64,000 bases of DNA from an uncultured Bacteroidales bacterium (GTDB lineage: Bacteria > Bacteroidota > Bacteroidia > Bacteroidales > UBA7960), in the NCBI GenBank assembly GCA_964477035.1, contig CAYZCW010000004.1, positions 187,882 to 251,881 on the forward strand, read 5' to 3'. A program made the translations under genes and the position numbers. Positions 63,839 through 64,000 of the stretch are shown here, piece after piece. How positions within the stretch are numbered: position 1 is the stretch's first letter; each line of letters starts with the position of its first letter. The notes below the pieces were generated by a model. That model ran no database searches and was not told the DNA's origin. It saw only the letters and a program-made list of their open reading frames with translations.

Positions 63839-64000
63839 ATGAGAGAACAGTTTGAGGATACCCGGCTGGCCTTTTCGGACCGTTCTGACAGGGAGCTTAA
63901 AAAGGCCTACTGGCTTTTCCGGCTCGTTGGAAGCCCCTGGCTAGTAAGGACCGGCTCGGTGCTGCTGCGGACCGCCCTGTGGCTTCGCCTGCCTGTGTCA
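63839..64000 (+). CDS. Proline dehydrogenase, N-terminal fragment (runs off the window)
   Basis: MREQFEDTRLAFSDRSDRELKKAYWLFRLVGSPWLVRTGSVLLRTALWLRLPV resembles the N-terminus of Bacteroidota proline dehydrogenases as I remember it. Only 54 codons are visible. Confidence 0.55.
   Translation, partial: MREQFEDTRLAFSDRSDRELKKAYWLFRLVGSPWLVRTGSVLLRTALWLRLPVS

Noticed and set aside
1-64000. The whole window was searched for mobile elements, defence systems (restriction-modification, CRISPR-Cas, toxin-antitoxin pairs, retron or reverse transcriptase genes), prophage genes and rRNA.
   Set aside because: No transposase, integrase, Cas, reverse transcriptase, methylase/endonuclease pair or phage structural signatures were recognised in any frame. 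MutS2 and the EEP nuclease are explained by housekeeping or nutrient-acquisition roles.

Overview
This is a high-GC, densely packed chromosomal segment that reads as Bacteroidota. Supporting signs are DUF4296 next to pyrC, DUF4293 next to rho, many lipobox lipoproteins, TonB-dependent receptors, a PorQ/PorV-like barrel and a Rho with a long disordered insertion. Intergenic islands are AT-rich, carry TAnnTTTG -7 boxes, and lack Shine-Dalgarno sequences. I support about 50 CDS, one tRNA-Met(CAU), several strong intrinsic terminators and a set of candidate promoters. I see no rRNA, CRISPR array, transposase, integrase or phage genes. Most genes are housekeeping: hutU, pyrC, mutS2, purE, ubiE/menG, mtaB, arcC-argF, rho, a CopA-type ATPase, transporters and glycosyltransferases. 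Many longest ORFs in the supplied track carry false N-terminal extensions, or are antisense shadow ORFs caused by GC3 bias. I trimmed starts using conserved N-termini, signal peptides and promoter boxes. The most interesting candidates are these. (1) A TonB-dependent receptor operon with two paralogous OB-fold-like surface lipoproteins faces a secreted EEP nuclease and a small RHH protein; this may be an extracellular nucleic-acid capture and uptake locus. (2) A ComEA-like helix-hairpin-helix domain is fused to a large outer-membrane barrel, next to a PorQ-like barrel. (3) A BlaI/BlaR1-type module has its sensor domain replaced by five 31-aa charged repeats, two of them 100% identical at DNA level, and its promoter is bracketed by TACGAA-N4-TTCGTA palindromes. 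(4) The wtpA/arcC divergent region has two unexplained parts: a GC-rich repeat island, and a roughly 240-nt arcC-argF leader with a 12-bp long-range pairing that overlaps a terminator-like hairpin. All functional calls rest on motif recognition by eye; no database search was run.
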